DNA of 64,000 bases, from NCBI GenBank assembly GCA_002633005.1, contig NMRA01000022.1, positions 929,357 to 993,356 on the forward strand, written 5' to 3'. Under the pieces are notes generated by a model that saw nothing but the letters and a program-made list of their open reading frames with translations, searched no databases and was not told the origin of the DNA. Shown piece after piece: positions 1 through 12,543 of this stretch (position 1 is its first letter; each line of letters opens with the position of its first letter). The position numbers and the translations under genes are program-made. This DNA is from Phoronis australis. Taxonomy: Eukaryota > Animalia > Phoronida.

Positions 1-646
1 TCATAGTTTTTCCTCATCAGTCATATATGTGGAATGTATGTATGATCAACGCAGACGCGGATTTAAAATCATGACCAGGCCGGCTTTTGTTAAGGGGCAG
101 ACGTAGCGTACGATTTGTATTCCTCCACTGTATTGACAGCACAGATGTTGTGCAAATTTGTTTGCTCTGGATTCACGTTTCGGTTTTTTCAGGACTGTTT
201 TATATACGATGAGCTCATGTAATAGTGCTGTCATTTTCATGATTGTTTACAATGTATGAAAATACAAAAAGTAATTTTGAAAATAGTCCATTTGTTTTCT
301 AATACGTCGTGAAAGCTTGGAACATTTGCGTAACTGAAAATAGTTACAGATATTAAAATATTGGGAAGGTTGCTTTTTGTAATCTTCAATAGGCATGGTT
401 GCTGTTTGAAACGACTGTATTGAAGATCAAATGAATTATAGGTGTAAATATCGTGTAATTTAGTTGGTGACTGAGAATTTATGTCGTAACAAATCAATGA
501 CATGATCAATAATGGTGATCCTTGCTCAAAAGAGTGCTTGTGTATGTAGTTTATTCTGGTGTTTGTGTCTGGCAAAGTTTCCCACGCTGAGAGTACAGTT
601 CAAATCGACGTCACATGGCACTAAAATTGGCCTAGCTTATTACTAC

Positions 647-834
647 CTGTTGGTTCTTTCACATTCTGAGGTCTCAGTGACCCCTGTTGGTTCTTTCACA
701 TTCTGAGGTCTCAGTGACCCCTGTTAGTTCTTTCACATTCTGAGGTCTCAGTGACCCCTGTTGGTTCTTTCACATTCTGAGGTCTCAGTGACCCCTGTTG
801 GTTCTTTCACATTCTGAGGTCTCAGTGACCCCTG
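647..834. repeat. 37-bp minisatellite, about 5 copies (ctgttggttctttcacattctgaggtctcagtgaccc)
   Basis: Near-identical head-to-tail units start at 647, 684, 721, 758 and 795, with no spacers. Confidence 0.95.
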
Positions 835-2957
835 ACAGGTTCTTCAGAGAAGAGTGGTCTCTATGGGGTAAAAAAGGAACCTATTTCAATAGCCGCGAAT
901 CTTAAAAAAAATCTCTCACATTAATTATTTTCTCAGATAATGACCCACACAAAATCCACACTGAAAAGAAATTAAATACAAGACTCATTATTTTGACTTA
1001 TAACTTATTACCAGATTAGATAAAAATACTTCGTGAAATTTATTGCAAAAATGAAACTAGTGGTCATTGTTCATATCTCTGATTTGAGTCTTCCCGTGAA
1101 GAGATTCCTTGTTTTAGGATGTAGTGATCCGTGAAATTTCCCCAAATTCATGGACGCGAACGAGTGTATTGGAACTGAAGCGGCCGGTGGTAAAGATTTT
1201 GATGGCCCCAACTGAATGGAGGATAGAGTTGATGGGGTCTGAATTACGCACTAAACACTGACATTATCTTCCTGAACCGAATCTCGAGACTATACTACCT
1301 TGCAGACTGAACATTCACCTTCCAGGGTGAGGGTACAGATATTTAAGCCGTTCATAAAGATTTCCCAAGCACACAATCAAATCACAGAGTGTCGCGGCAC
1401 TTGATTAAATATTTTCCTCGTTAATGAGAGAGAAAAAAAAAGACAATTTGAAATGTTAAAATACGCATACAAATCAGATTGTAGCTTAGTATGATAAAAA
1501 TCTGCTCAAATCACTTTAATTTTCCTTGAGATCTACACCAAACTAAAATTTCAGTAGAGTATCTGATAGAGACTAGCAGCGCCCAGCTACTCCTAGTGGC
1601 GGGGAAACGAAGCTTGTATTTATTTGCTTTTCCGAGAAATCAAGGGACGGTTCAGTTGGGAGGTGAATTGTTGTTTGGGTGTCAGGTTAAACCAAAGACG
1701 CTCTACGGTATATGGATAAACCATTTGGTAAATATATTACGTTCGTGTTAATTGTCGGTTCAGTTTCTCACTAAAGGCATGTACATGTAGCACTCACCGA
1801 GTCAACTGGTGTGAAATCATAACCACTGGGCCAAATTTTATTGTATGACCCAGGATCGATTTCGTTGAGTCAGGTCACAGTGAATTGTTCCCAACTGCTT
1901 CCATGTAGGCTTAGCAGGTATTGTACTGTGAATCGTAGAGATTGCAGGTCCCTTGGTCGATTGAAACTAATCAAAATGAAAAGTGCGTAGTGTTAATAAA
2001 CGCGTTTCCGGGTGCCTAAGTTTTATTTGAATTTGACCAGTAAGTTTAATAGGACGGTGAGTAGCCGACTACCTACCGGGCACTGATAAGAGACAGGTAG
2101 TAGGTGTCAGGGGACTAGGCGCTAGACCTGCATTAAGTTGATCCGAAGTAACAAATGGCTGAGACCAACGCCGGCACAAGATGATGATCACTATTTTCCA
2201 AATCTTTCATAGTATATCTTTTTTATTACGAACGTATTACAAACTGCATTACATCAGAACAACATTGATGTTTCTTAGTGGTAAACGGTGAGCAATTAAA
2301 TTAAACAAAATTAAAGTAAACACTAAAACTTTAAGTCTTATTGCTTTATCAAATTAGACATGAACTGACACTTGCTGTAGTTGTGACGATCCAAATAGAA
2401 CATCCTCGAATGTTAGAATGTTCCGGCCAGTCATACATAAATATAACCCCGCGTGCCGCTCGCATATATCAGTATCCCTTTGTCTATGAAAACGTCTACA
2501 TCGAAAAAGCAAACAAATTATGAATAGGCATAATTTGGCAAATTTCTCCTCACCTATTTTATATAAGTGACTTGCGATGCACTTGCTCTCGTTCGGTAAC
2601 TCAAAATTGCTATTCCAAGTGACAAAACCTTCTTCTATGAGAAATTCGCTACCCAAGGTCATGTTTTTCAAGCAATGCATTCCACGGGCCAGTTGTATAA
2701 TACTGAACACTCGACTATCGTATAGAAGAGTTGACATTGACAGTTCTCTGCAAGTCTGTGATGACTCCCCAGGTCAAATCAAAATGGTCGGGACTAGGCG
2801 AGAAAGCATGCTAATGACTTAGAAAGTTAGTGCGCCACCAAGAAGAAATCAACACGGCAAGAAGTTATTTATATCCTGTAAGTTTCATGGACCAGCGAGA
2901 CGAGAAAACAGTTGAAAATGTGGATTCTAAATCTGTAGCCACAAGGATGTATAACTC

Positions 2958-3173
2958 CTGCGCGCACCTAGCCTAAAGAATGTGGGCCTTTTACTAAAAA
3001 AAAACAAAAACAAAAAGCTATGAATGGTGAATATGCTGAATTTTGGTAGTTCCTGCCTTTACAATAGACTTTTGTCTCGTTTCTCGGACTTTTTGTTTCT
3101 CTGAGGCGGACATTTTTACCAACTTCGCCAAAAAGTTCGAGCCCCCCGAACCCCCCCACTGGGTGCGCGCATG
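2958..3173. mobile_element. MITE family B copy (TIR catgcgcgcaccc...gggtgcgcgcatg)
   Basis: Terminal inverted repeats are present. The interior (ggactttttgtttctctgaggcggac...gagccccccgaacccccc) is reverse-complement similar to the copy at 49694-49943. Confidence 0.7.
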
Positions 3174-3233
3174 TAAATGAATCCGTCAACACTACGCTGT
3201 CGTGTCTTACCAGTCATAATTCGCAGACGAAGT

Positions 3234-3575
3234 TTAGACCGTCAGGTCGTGGTCACTCAACAACGGAAGGATANTGCCGAACGCAAACACACTAGGCACA
3301 TTATCTGACTTCAGCCTCGGTTGCTTTTTCTGCCCTGGCATGAGCTGTTTGGCAAGCCGGAATTCGTCAGTGAAATCACTGTCCACGAAATGTCGGTCAC
3401 AGATACGGAGATGTTTCACGGGCTCGTACTTGGTATGAACTCCGTACTTGTCCTTTTTCACTGCCGCGAGCCACTTCCGAAGCATTTTGGGCTCTCGAGG
3501 AAATCGAAAAAACGATGTACCCGCTTTCCTCGCCGCTTCATAGTTCGAACAGGCAGGAACGACTCACCACACCAT
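3234..3575 (-). pseudogene. THAP zinc-finger domain remnant (likely DNA-transposon derived)
   Basis: From a Kozak-context ATG at 3575 the frame reads MVW*VVPACSNY...SFFRFPREPKMLRKWLAAV...LRICDRHFVDSDF...PRLKSDNVPSVF. This matches the THAP signature (C-x4-C, FP, W, ICxxHF, AVP-like box), but the first Cys codon is TGA (3564-3566). No transposase catalytic domain follows. Confidence 0.85.
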
Positions 3576-3999
3576 GGCGGAATTCACTCTGCATACGAAC
3601 CACTGACGTCGCTGCGGACTTTCTCACCTTCCTCACAGGCTAACGCGACACCTCTCGGCAAGGTAAGGTCGACCGTGTACGAGCCGATGTGGCCCCAGAC
3701 CGATTAAGACGGTAAAAAAGACTAATTAAATCGGGTGGCATTAGCCTTTAAGACCATTAAAACAAATTGAACGTCGTATTCAACAATAATTGTCTCAAGG
3801 TTTGTCATTTATTAGGCATGTCTTTACACTCGTATTAGTTCTGATTTGTAAATTTTGGGAGTGATTACTTTAGGAACGATTCTTTAAGACGCAAAAAACG
3901 TGTGTAACATTTTGGGTCACTATGTAGTATGACATTCCTGGTTTCGTGCACACCATACGAACTGTTAAGCCGCTTTTGATGAAATTTGTTGTAGAAAAA

Positions 4000-6600
4000 A
4001 TGATGGAGGAAGAAGACGCTATTCTGAAAAAAATCGAAAACGTTCCCAATTTGTGTCCTGTAAAACTGTCCTCTACGTACCCCGGCAAGGCCCGTGGTGT
4101 TCTTAAAAAGCTTGAACAAGAGTTGTCTGAAGATCCTAAGTCAAGTCCCGAACGGATACTAAAGATGAATCTAAGAACATATTTACACATGGAGATAAAT
4201 AGCTTCAAAGACATTCAAAGTGCTCGCAAACTGAACGAAGAAGTTCGAAAAGAGGAACCCAAAAATCTTGGTGCTATCTGCCTTCACATCAAACTTCTAC
4301 TCTTTAACGACATAGCTCAAGCTAAGAAACAAGCGGACTACATCGATCAGTTGCGCGAAACCGAGGGCTACGGGCAACTGTTCATTGAGGCACGTGCCGA
4401 ACTGGCTTACTGTTATTCACGTTTTGGTCCTGCATTCCACAACCAGTCTTTGAGTCTTTATGAAAGGATTCTAAAACAGGTACCCGACAATTATTTGTGG
4501 AGGTTCGGTTACGGCTTGGTGTTACAAAGGTGTTTAAATACAGAGAATTACGCAGAGTTGAAGACGTTTGATGGTAGTGCCTGTTTCCTCAAAGCTGTTG
4601 ACGCTCTCTACCCAGTTACAAAGTGTTCAGATTCCTCGCTAGCGGCGCAAGCCTGGGTAAAAATAGGATCCTGTGTCATGCTTTACAATAACATGCCTAC
4701 CCAGTGCAAACCGGATTGGGAAAGACCAATAAAATACCTCAGTGAAAGGAATATCACCGATGCGAGGATGTGTTTTGAAAAAGCTTTAGAAATGGACCCG
4801 GACAATGTTGTTGTTTTACAGGAGTGTGGGAGGTTTTATCGCAGGCGTGAAGCTACCCAAAACCTGGAACTAGCACAACGGTATTTGGAAATGGCGTATG
4901 CAAAGCAGCCGACTGTGTTCAACTGCCAACATCTAGCCTTGCTCCTTGAAAATAAATGGGTAGGCGAAATGCAGCGCATGCATAGATCGGAATCGTCTTT
5001 GTATTCACCTGAAAAGAACTCAAGTGATAGACGGCCGCAATTTTTTGTTCCTTGTCTTTACCCTGCACGTCGTATACAAATCCCTGCAACAAAAAGTTCT
5101 GTTCGGCCGTTTTATGTTGCCGATGTCTACCCCGTTCCTAGCTTACAAGCTCCTGTCAATTACGAAACGTCGAATGAATATGAACTTTTTCATTTGTGCG
5201 GTGATCGTCCGTTTTTTGAAGCTCCTGCCAGCAAAAACGTAACACCAGTGGGCAGTGTGGGACAACAGACCACACATCAAAATAAGGGTTTGGTTCAGTC
5301 TTACTCACCATCTCATTCCAGTCGATCGAATGCAGAATTGTTTCGAACTTACTACTTTAGGTCACATGCAAGATTACTCAAAGCTGAGGACGCGAATGAC
5401 CCTGTGCTGATGAAGGTGCTAAAGTATTTACAAGAGGCATGCGACCTGACCAATGCGACTGTAATCTCTGTCTGAAGCATAATGGGCCAAGTCTACCGCC
5501 GTCTTGGGAAGAATAGAGAAGCTATTGATTGTTTCGCGGAGATCTCACGTTGCAGTAGTGCCGGACTCTTGTCCAAAATCTCGGCTTTTGAACAGCGAGG
5601 CTATTGTTTTGTTGAACTCGCAAACATGAGTAGGAATGCAAAAGAAAAGCGTGATAACATCGACAGCGCCTTATCAATGTTATTTCTTGCTATAGAGAAT
5701 GCTGTCCTGTTAGACGGTGCTCTACCGTTTACGTACGGCTGTCCTTCAGAAGAAACACTGCAGGAACTTCTAGAAGAGCAATCACTACAGCGTCCTCGCG
5801 AAAATCATCCTCGTAAGCAACTTAGTAGGTTTCACGAGTTGATAGGAAACCACAAAATTGCCTTGAATTATTTGGAAGACGTTCTCCAACTTGATCCAAA
5901 TGATTTCGGGGCCCATATGCAAAAGGTTCAACTTCTAATGAAATGCGACCAACACGAGAATGCCCTCTGTTTTATGATGATGCTTTTGAAAACTAAGTTT
6001 AAAGATAAAGTTCTCGACAAGAAGGAGCTGATGCTGTTAGCTGCTGTAACGGCCGCAAAAAAACAACTGGACAACGGAGAATTCGAAATAGCCAAGGAAT
6101 ACTTTAAGCGAGCTTACCAGATAAAGTTTGGAATCGTTGATGAAACCAAGCATGATGACAACAACTGTGCACAACTACACGTATTCATTACTGGCAACCC
6201 AACTGAAAGTTGTCTCTACTTTTCATCTGTGATAAAGAAGTACTTCGACCTGGATTGCTTTTCGTTTGACAATGTTCCTCCTGGGGAGTATGTACCTGAA
6301 CATATTTCATCTGCAATAGAGAAGTCCACAAATTTCCTGATAATTATTTCTCAACACTCAACTGACCAAAGAGAATACCATTTCACGCAGGAGGTTCTTA
6401 TGTCTGTGAAGAATAGAAAGTGTGAAACGTATAGCGTAACAGTTTCCACCGGGGACTGTGAAAATATGGATCCATGTTTGAAGCATTGTAGTCCTAATAT
6501 AATTGCTTCGTACAGTGCTTGGAAGAAAACTGGAGAAAGTCCAAAGTTGGTGATTGACCTGTTCAAAGCCATTATCAACTTTAAGGAGAAGGATCTATAG
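4000..6600 (+). CDS. IFIT/TTC22-like TPR protein with C-terminal TIR-like domain, copy 1; interrupted by one in-frame TGA at 5473-5475 (split gene or recent pseudogene)
   Basis: ORFs 3946-5475 and 5482-6600 are in the same frame and together align end to end with the intact paralog at 12544-15327. The ATG at 4000 lies just after the acceptor tttgttgtag (3994). TPR motifs include ARMCFEKALEMDPDN, GQVYRRLGKNREAIDCF and ALNYLEDVLQLDPND. The TIR-like tail reads LHVFITG...FDNVPPGEYVPEHISSAIEKSTNFLIIIS. Confidence 0.8.
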
Positions 6601-7189
6601 AATGGGTCTTTGTGACAAGCACTTTCAGAGTTTCCAACAGAAGGTGCAACTCAGGATTTTTTTCATAGCATGTTGGTAGTGCTGTTCTCTGCATTTGTCA
6701 GCAAATATGGAAGTTTTTGTAAAGTCTCTGCTGATATCGTAGCCGCTTTAATATTAGGTGAAATATTTTCATAAACTCGTCCACCCATAGTAAGCAAAGC
6801 GATAACTGCTCTACGTTGCTAATATTAGTATATTCGTCACATATTAGAAAGAAAAAAATCATCGATATCTGTTACCAAATTATGAATAACCCGGTTTCCC
6901 ATCAACCCTAACATTTCATTCGGCGTACGTATAATGGATGAGATATTTCATTGTCACTGCATGAATTCCGTTTCATCCATTTTCCAACAAGGACGTCGTC
7001 GTTTGCGAGGAGGCGTAGCAGTGGATGGAATATGATTCCGCGTCAGTGTGGACCCTGAGTGCTATGCCTGAGGAACTAACGTTTCCATATTTCTTTGGAG
7101 ATTTAAGGATTTGTTTATGTAAGGAACGCAGTACAATTGAATGATGCAATCAATTTTCGTCGATTTGTAGATATTTGCTAACAACAAAT

Positions 7190-7330
7190 CATGGGCGTAT
7201 CCAGGATTTTGAGTTAGGGGGTCAGGGCAGAGCATTAAGGATTTTGCCCGTCAGACATTCGCACCCCCGAACTGCCAAATGGAATCTGAAAGAATTTTAG
7301 TGGGGTATGGCCCCCTTAAATCCGCCACAG
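7190..7330 (+). mobile_element. MITE family A copy (ggcggatccaggattttgagtt...taaatccgccactg)
   Basis: The same ~150-bp sequence recurs at 34715-34880 and in reverse at 9124-9215 and 63848-64000. It has short imperfect TIRs and near-matching 5-bp flanks (caaat/caaag). Confidence 0.75.
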
Positions 7331-9123
7331 CAAAGAGGGGGGGTGGGTGGGTGGGTTTACCACCTATCCAACGTAGAGCACCATGTGTGTAACTCATTAG
7401 GCGTAGACAAGAAAATGCAAAACCTTCGTTGCCTATGGCCCAGCGAGGTTTCCTTGTTAGTGATCATGACAGGGTAGCGCGCTGAACGTTCTGGGTTTGT
7501 TGACTCGGGTTACAAATGTAACGCCAGGGAACGCCGTTTATGAGTTGTGAGGTGTACATGTTACAATTTTGCATGAACGACTGGCCTGGTTCATTTTAGT
7601 GAAGCTGACTTTTACCTAAATTCCATATTTGGCTCGACCAATGTCGCAAATTTAATTTTGCATTTTTAATGGTTTTCGTCTTAATCTTTAGACTCCTAAA
7701 AAGCGTATTTTGGAACATTCTCAGCGCAGATTTGGCATGTAGAAACGGGTCTCGGATTCTGTCGGATCTAGTTAATATCAAGTAAGAGTCATAACTTTTT
7801 AACTTTATGAACTTAAAGCTTCAACTTTGACTTCCAAAATTATCTTTTTTAAACCTTCGGCTTTGGAAACTTTAGATCTTAGAATTGACCCAAACAGAAG
7901 CAATTGAGGGGATGACATATGCTGTAAGTTTGTAGTATTATATTTTATATTTAGTGTTAAATAAACCGTTTTGTGTCTGATACTCTATCTCTATTTTTTA
8001 TCTCTTTTGAGATGTCACCACGATTCCGCCCGTTTACGACATACGAACTAACTAAAAATACACAACGCTGCGAACTTTAAACTTTGACGAAGCAGTCTAA
8101 AAACTAAATTAGTAGATCCGTGCTGGGAGCTCCACCGATTACAGTTACACATGGGCACACAGCTGCCTGCCTGTAAGAAATAATGCCTCGGCTTGTTTTT
8201 GCAGTGTCACATGATGATTACGGAAAACCTTCAAATTTTGTTTTTGAAACACAAAAATTGGCCCACGAATAATAAAGTTAGTTTGATGTGACTAATATAG
8301 TACATGTATTTTGCTCCGTGGATTCCTGCAGTCAGACATTGTTTCAAAACAGGTGGCCTAACTGACAGGCCCCGGCCTAAGGGCTACCACTCTACTAGCG
8401 ACTGTTACTCATGGGTTCAGTTCTTCAATTTCACGCCAGGTGACACTAATTTTGACCTAGTTTTTATGACGCCTTTTCTTGGAAGAGGTGTTTGTTAAGT
8501 GATATATTTATTGAAGAATACGCAGAACATAAAAAGAAATAGAGATGTTTATGTGATAGCTCTGTCGGGAGATGCAATTTGCGTGTCTAGTAAAACCACT
8601 TTCCAAGTAAGTTACCTAAAAGAAGTCGCTATCAAATATAAGACCGATAAGGCTACCGAGGATGGCTGTCACATCTAATTAGACCCCAGATCTGTTTTCC
8701 TTCGGCTGTTAGCGGGGCTGGCTTAGTTTTTCAATGTCGCATAGCCCGGCCATAGGCTAGCCAGGTCACGTAGAGCGAGCTTAGTCGCCCTTGATAAAGA
8801 CAAGAAGTTGAAACTGGGAATCAGGCAGTACTGGTTCCTAAGGCGAAAGGTACATAGATTAAGGATATATGGCCAAGATCTGGTGTGAACTATCGTCTAA
8901 TTGCCCCGCTGGGCGTTAGGGGTTGCACCGCCTTAGCAGTTGCTCCACAGACCCGACTTAATCACCACCGCTCTAAAACAGTCCTATGACATCGACGGGC
9001 CGGCTGATGACAGTGGCTGTGACGGTTGGGCCCAAGACCTATCAAAGGCCCATCTGACGAGGCATGAAATATGAGCCGCAACGGGATAAATGGGCGGGCG
9101 CCGAATTAACATGGGCGGGGAGG

Positions 9124-10053
9124 CAGTGGCGGATTTTAAGTTAAGGGGAGGGGCCAAGACGGCCATGGCACCCCTAAAATTCTCCTATTTGGCAATTCGG
9201 GGTGCTAATTGCTGACTAGCATATGCACGCACCCGGCGGGGGGGACTCGACTAAAGAGGGATGAATGCACGATGCATAGGCCTTGAACAAATCTCGGTCA
9301 CCGTTTTTTTAGTAAAAAGGTCAACAAACACAAAAATTTGAGACCCTGCATACCTACATTTTAGGCTGGGCGCGCGCATGTGGCGAAATCCTGGTTATTC
9401 ATGTGCCTTGGATCTGCCCCATGGGGGGCTATAGTCCGCCCTGACTTACGTCAGTGCTGCACCACCCATGTAAAAGCCCTTGACTTGCATGTCACCACTT
9501 GTGCTCGCCATCAATCATGAACCGCACAGATTATCTTTGATCAATGCAAACCCTGTTTCGATGATTTCCGGCAACCAAACCTCGTTCTGTGGCCTGCATG
9601 CTAATATATCATTGGCGTCAATCTTCTAAATTAAAGGCAGCAGGAATCAACTAAAAAAATCATACTCCCTACGTCACAGATTGGACATTGTGGTCCTTGG
9701 TGGGTAGTCTTTTTCACAATTGCGGTGCAATTCGCTAAAAGTGTAGGTCACGCTTTCCCGTTTAGAAGAAATTTTTCTACAACTTTTGAAGATTCGCGAG
9801 TGTTACAGAGCTTTATTTCGTTTCTGAGAACTGGATGGGAAATGGTTTTTATGGTTTGATATCCATTTAAGTAAAGAAGTAAAAATACACATTAGAAAAC
9901 GTTGGCACACATGGGCGGCGCAGCACTGAAAAATGTGGGCTATAGCCCCCCCCCCCAGCGCCCCTCAGTGTGGTGCACCCCACATAGACCATGGGCGGGT
10001 CAGGACTGAAATAAGTGGGGGAGGGAGCTATAGCCCTCAGCCCCCTATGGTGC
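9124..10053. mobile_element. Cluster of nested or adjacent MITE fragments (families A, B and a cagtgcaccatagggg-type element)
   Basis: A family A end lies at 9124-9215 and a family B-like copy at ~9220-9380 (…ggctgggcgcgcgcatg). The end gccccctatggtgcactg at ~10035-10053 is reverse-complement similar to 61712-61780. Confidence 0.55.
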
Positions 10054-10248
10054 ACTGTCCATTGTACAGAATACAAAAATTCACCAAGACTGGTTGAATT
10101 TACTGCTCCTAATCTCATTAAAGTTGGTGCCTACTGTGTTGGATGGGCAAATTACGTTTTAAGCTGCATGCAACTTTTTATGTGAAGGTTACAAATGACC
10201 ATTGGTTGGTTTTGAGTCTATACTGAGTGAAAGATTGCTGGTTGTTAC

Positions 10249-10320
10249 ATAATAATAATATTAGTAATAGTAATAGTAATGATAATGATAATGATAATGA
10301 TAATATAAGAATAATAATAA
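10249..10320. repeat. (TAA)n/(TAATAG)n/(TAATGA)n compound microsatellite
   Basis: Simple repeat visible directly in the sequence. Confidence 0.9.
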
Positions 10321-12543
10321 AGTTATTAGGAACACACAAGTGCAGAGAAATAAAAGAAAAACATAAAAACAGAAGACAAAAACAAAAACAAAAGTACTAG
10401 TGTAAGACACGGATAACATAACGAGTCAAAGACTTATTTCCATTATGGTCTGTGTTGATCTCTGACCCACTTTTGCTCAGTTATGCCTTTGGTTAAACGT
10501 TTACTGCTTGCAAATGTGAAGTTGAAATTTAACAGGAAATTTAGGTACGGGTTAGACGCTTTAGATCTGTACATGTAAGAAGTGACTGATCGACACCCAG
10601 TTTTCTCCTGGTTTCTACATATATAATGCACCAGAAGGTTGTGGCACTCTGGATGCACTGTGACTAACGTTTGTAGTACTTGCATTCAAATTTTGGCTTT
10701 GTGGTGAACATTGCTGATTTGATGTATTTTTGTTCGTTTTTTTAGATAGCCGGTTACACTTGAGGTAGTCGTAAAAGATTGAAGAATGACCTTTTAATAA
10801 GTTTCAGTGGATTTTATATAAGGTTTTGAAGTCTTTGCCAATTACACTGTTCATATATTTTCAGGTTTATTACACCCTGTGGAACAGATTGTTAAGAGTT
10901 TCACAGACCAGGTTTCACAAGCCCCAAACCAGCAAAACTATTGAGCGTCACCGCCTGAAACCACAAGACATATAGGTGAGTGCAATCGAAGGGGCATTGT
11001 TTCTGTGTAGGCTGGCGAGACCAGCTGCTTGTGTAGCGGAATGTGTGTCAAATTCCCCCGACGACTTCTTGTGTGTGTGGACGCGATTTTTGATGTGTTT
11101 GGGTGCAGACGTAAACCTGGAAATACGCGTGGAATCATAGTTACGCTTGCCAGATCATCAACTAAGCTATAGCATACGATCGACAAACAAGACGCCCTGC
11201 GTCTGCAGACACAGGGCGATAATTTTTTAATAAACTTGTGACTACGTTTATGTATACAATACAGGACAAAATTCACGCTATGTGGAGCAACATTGTCTTT
11301 ATTAAATGCAGTGGAGGTTCATGAAGAAATTGTATTTCGTGGAAAACACCTTTTGCTGGTGAATTGTTTTGTGCTTGCTTTAGACGCTCGTGACGTAAAC
11401 TCGAGTCAGCGAGCAGCTGTTTTACTATGCTTCTCTGAAATTTGAAAGGTTATTTTAGTGTATCAAAAGTTAAAATTCCTGTACATGTACTTACATGTAA
11501 CTAGTGTCGTACTTTTCTCGATGATAATATAACCTCGTCGGCAAATTGAACCTCAATATGCATGCACGTAGGTCAAACAAAATGGGCTCTCTTGCTCATT
11601 TTTCCTACCAACCCTTTACTCTCTAAAAACGGAAATACCAACAATCAACATATCTTTTAAAATAACTTGCAAATATTTACGGATACCTGATGTTTAATGG
11701 TGATGTGTCCATTGTCTGCTGGGCCCAGATAAGTCGTTCTCATGCCGAACGATAATGGCAAATTGGACGTCTAATTCGGCGTCTGAAAATTTGGCATGTG
11801 AACGCTCGTCATGGTATTATGCTTTTTGCCGATGTTGTTGCTGTTGGTTGTGTCTTTCAATTAAGTTCACGATTGGACAATTGATTCATTCGATTTTGAA
11901 GTTTGTGATTTTGTTTTGACGTAATTAGTGCGAATGGGCGAATAGAAACTGAATACACTCGATTCAAAGCCTAATAAATAACAGCGCGTCCCCCTTTTTG
12001 ATATCTGATTAGAGTGAGAGCAGCAATCATATGGGGGCGTTCGTGTGACCCCATTTCTATGTGATGGTCCCCTGCTACATTGCAACACCGTAAATTTCGA
12101 ATTCCTAATTGTGGGCCCTGGTGTCCATTAAGGTATACTCTCAAGGTTTAACATGCAACGTGTGAAGTTACATACATGAAAGATGAACCCCTTGAGCGAA
12201 AGCGACAAATGACAGAAAAAGAGATCCAAGAGAAATACATGCTTTTGAGCAGTCCTTTGACATCATTCCGAGAGAATCGACGCAGGCGGAGACTGCGTGT
12301 AACGGTCTAGATTTTCTGCAATTGACTGTTTTTAATTGGTACCTGGCTATCGTATTTTTTATGTAGACCACTGAATGTTGACCTTTTTGCCTGGTAATAG
12401 AGTTAGCAGTTTGTCCAGTCCCCATATTGCGAGTGAGTGGATAGAAATAGCTTAATTTGATCCTGTTGCACATGTTATACTAATGTATGTACACTACTTG
12501 TAAACTACTTGCTTGTATGAGACTAACAATTTGTTTTAGGATA

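Noticed and set aside
647-834. 37-bp repeats as a CRISPR array
   Set aside because: The units are contiguous with no unique spacers, there are no cas genes, and the context is eukaryotic.
3321-3707. 128-aa plus-strand ORF, and other antisense ORFs over real genes (e.g. 3870-4214, 14940-15308, 60591-60902)
   Set aside because: These are shadows of opposite-strand coding or transposon sequence, with no recognisable motifs.
3946-3999. N-terminal extensions in the ORF track (also 12487-12543)
   Set aside because: They run through polypyrimidine/AG acceptor sequence and are not conserved between the paralogs. Homology starts at the ATGs at 4000/4003 and 12544.
5473-7100. Selenocysteine at the copy 1 TGA
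   Set aside because: The paralog has Met, not Cys, at this position, and I could not recognise a SECIS in the downstream region.
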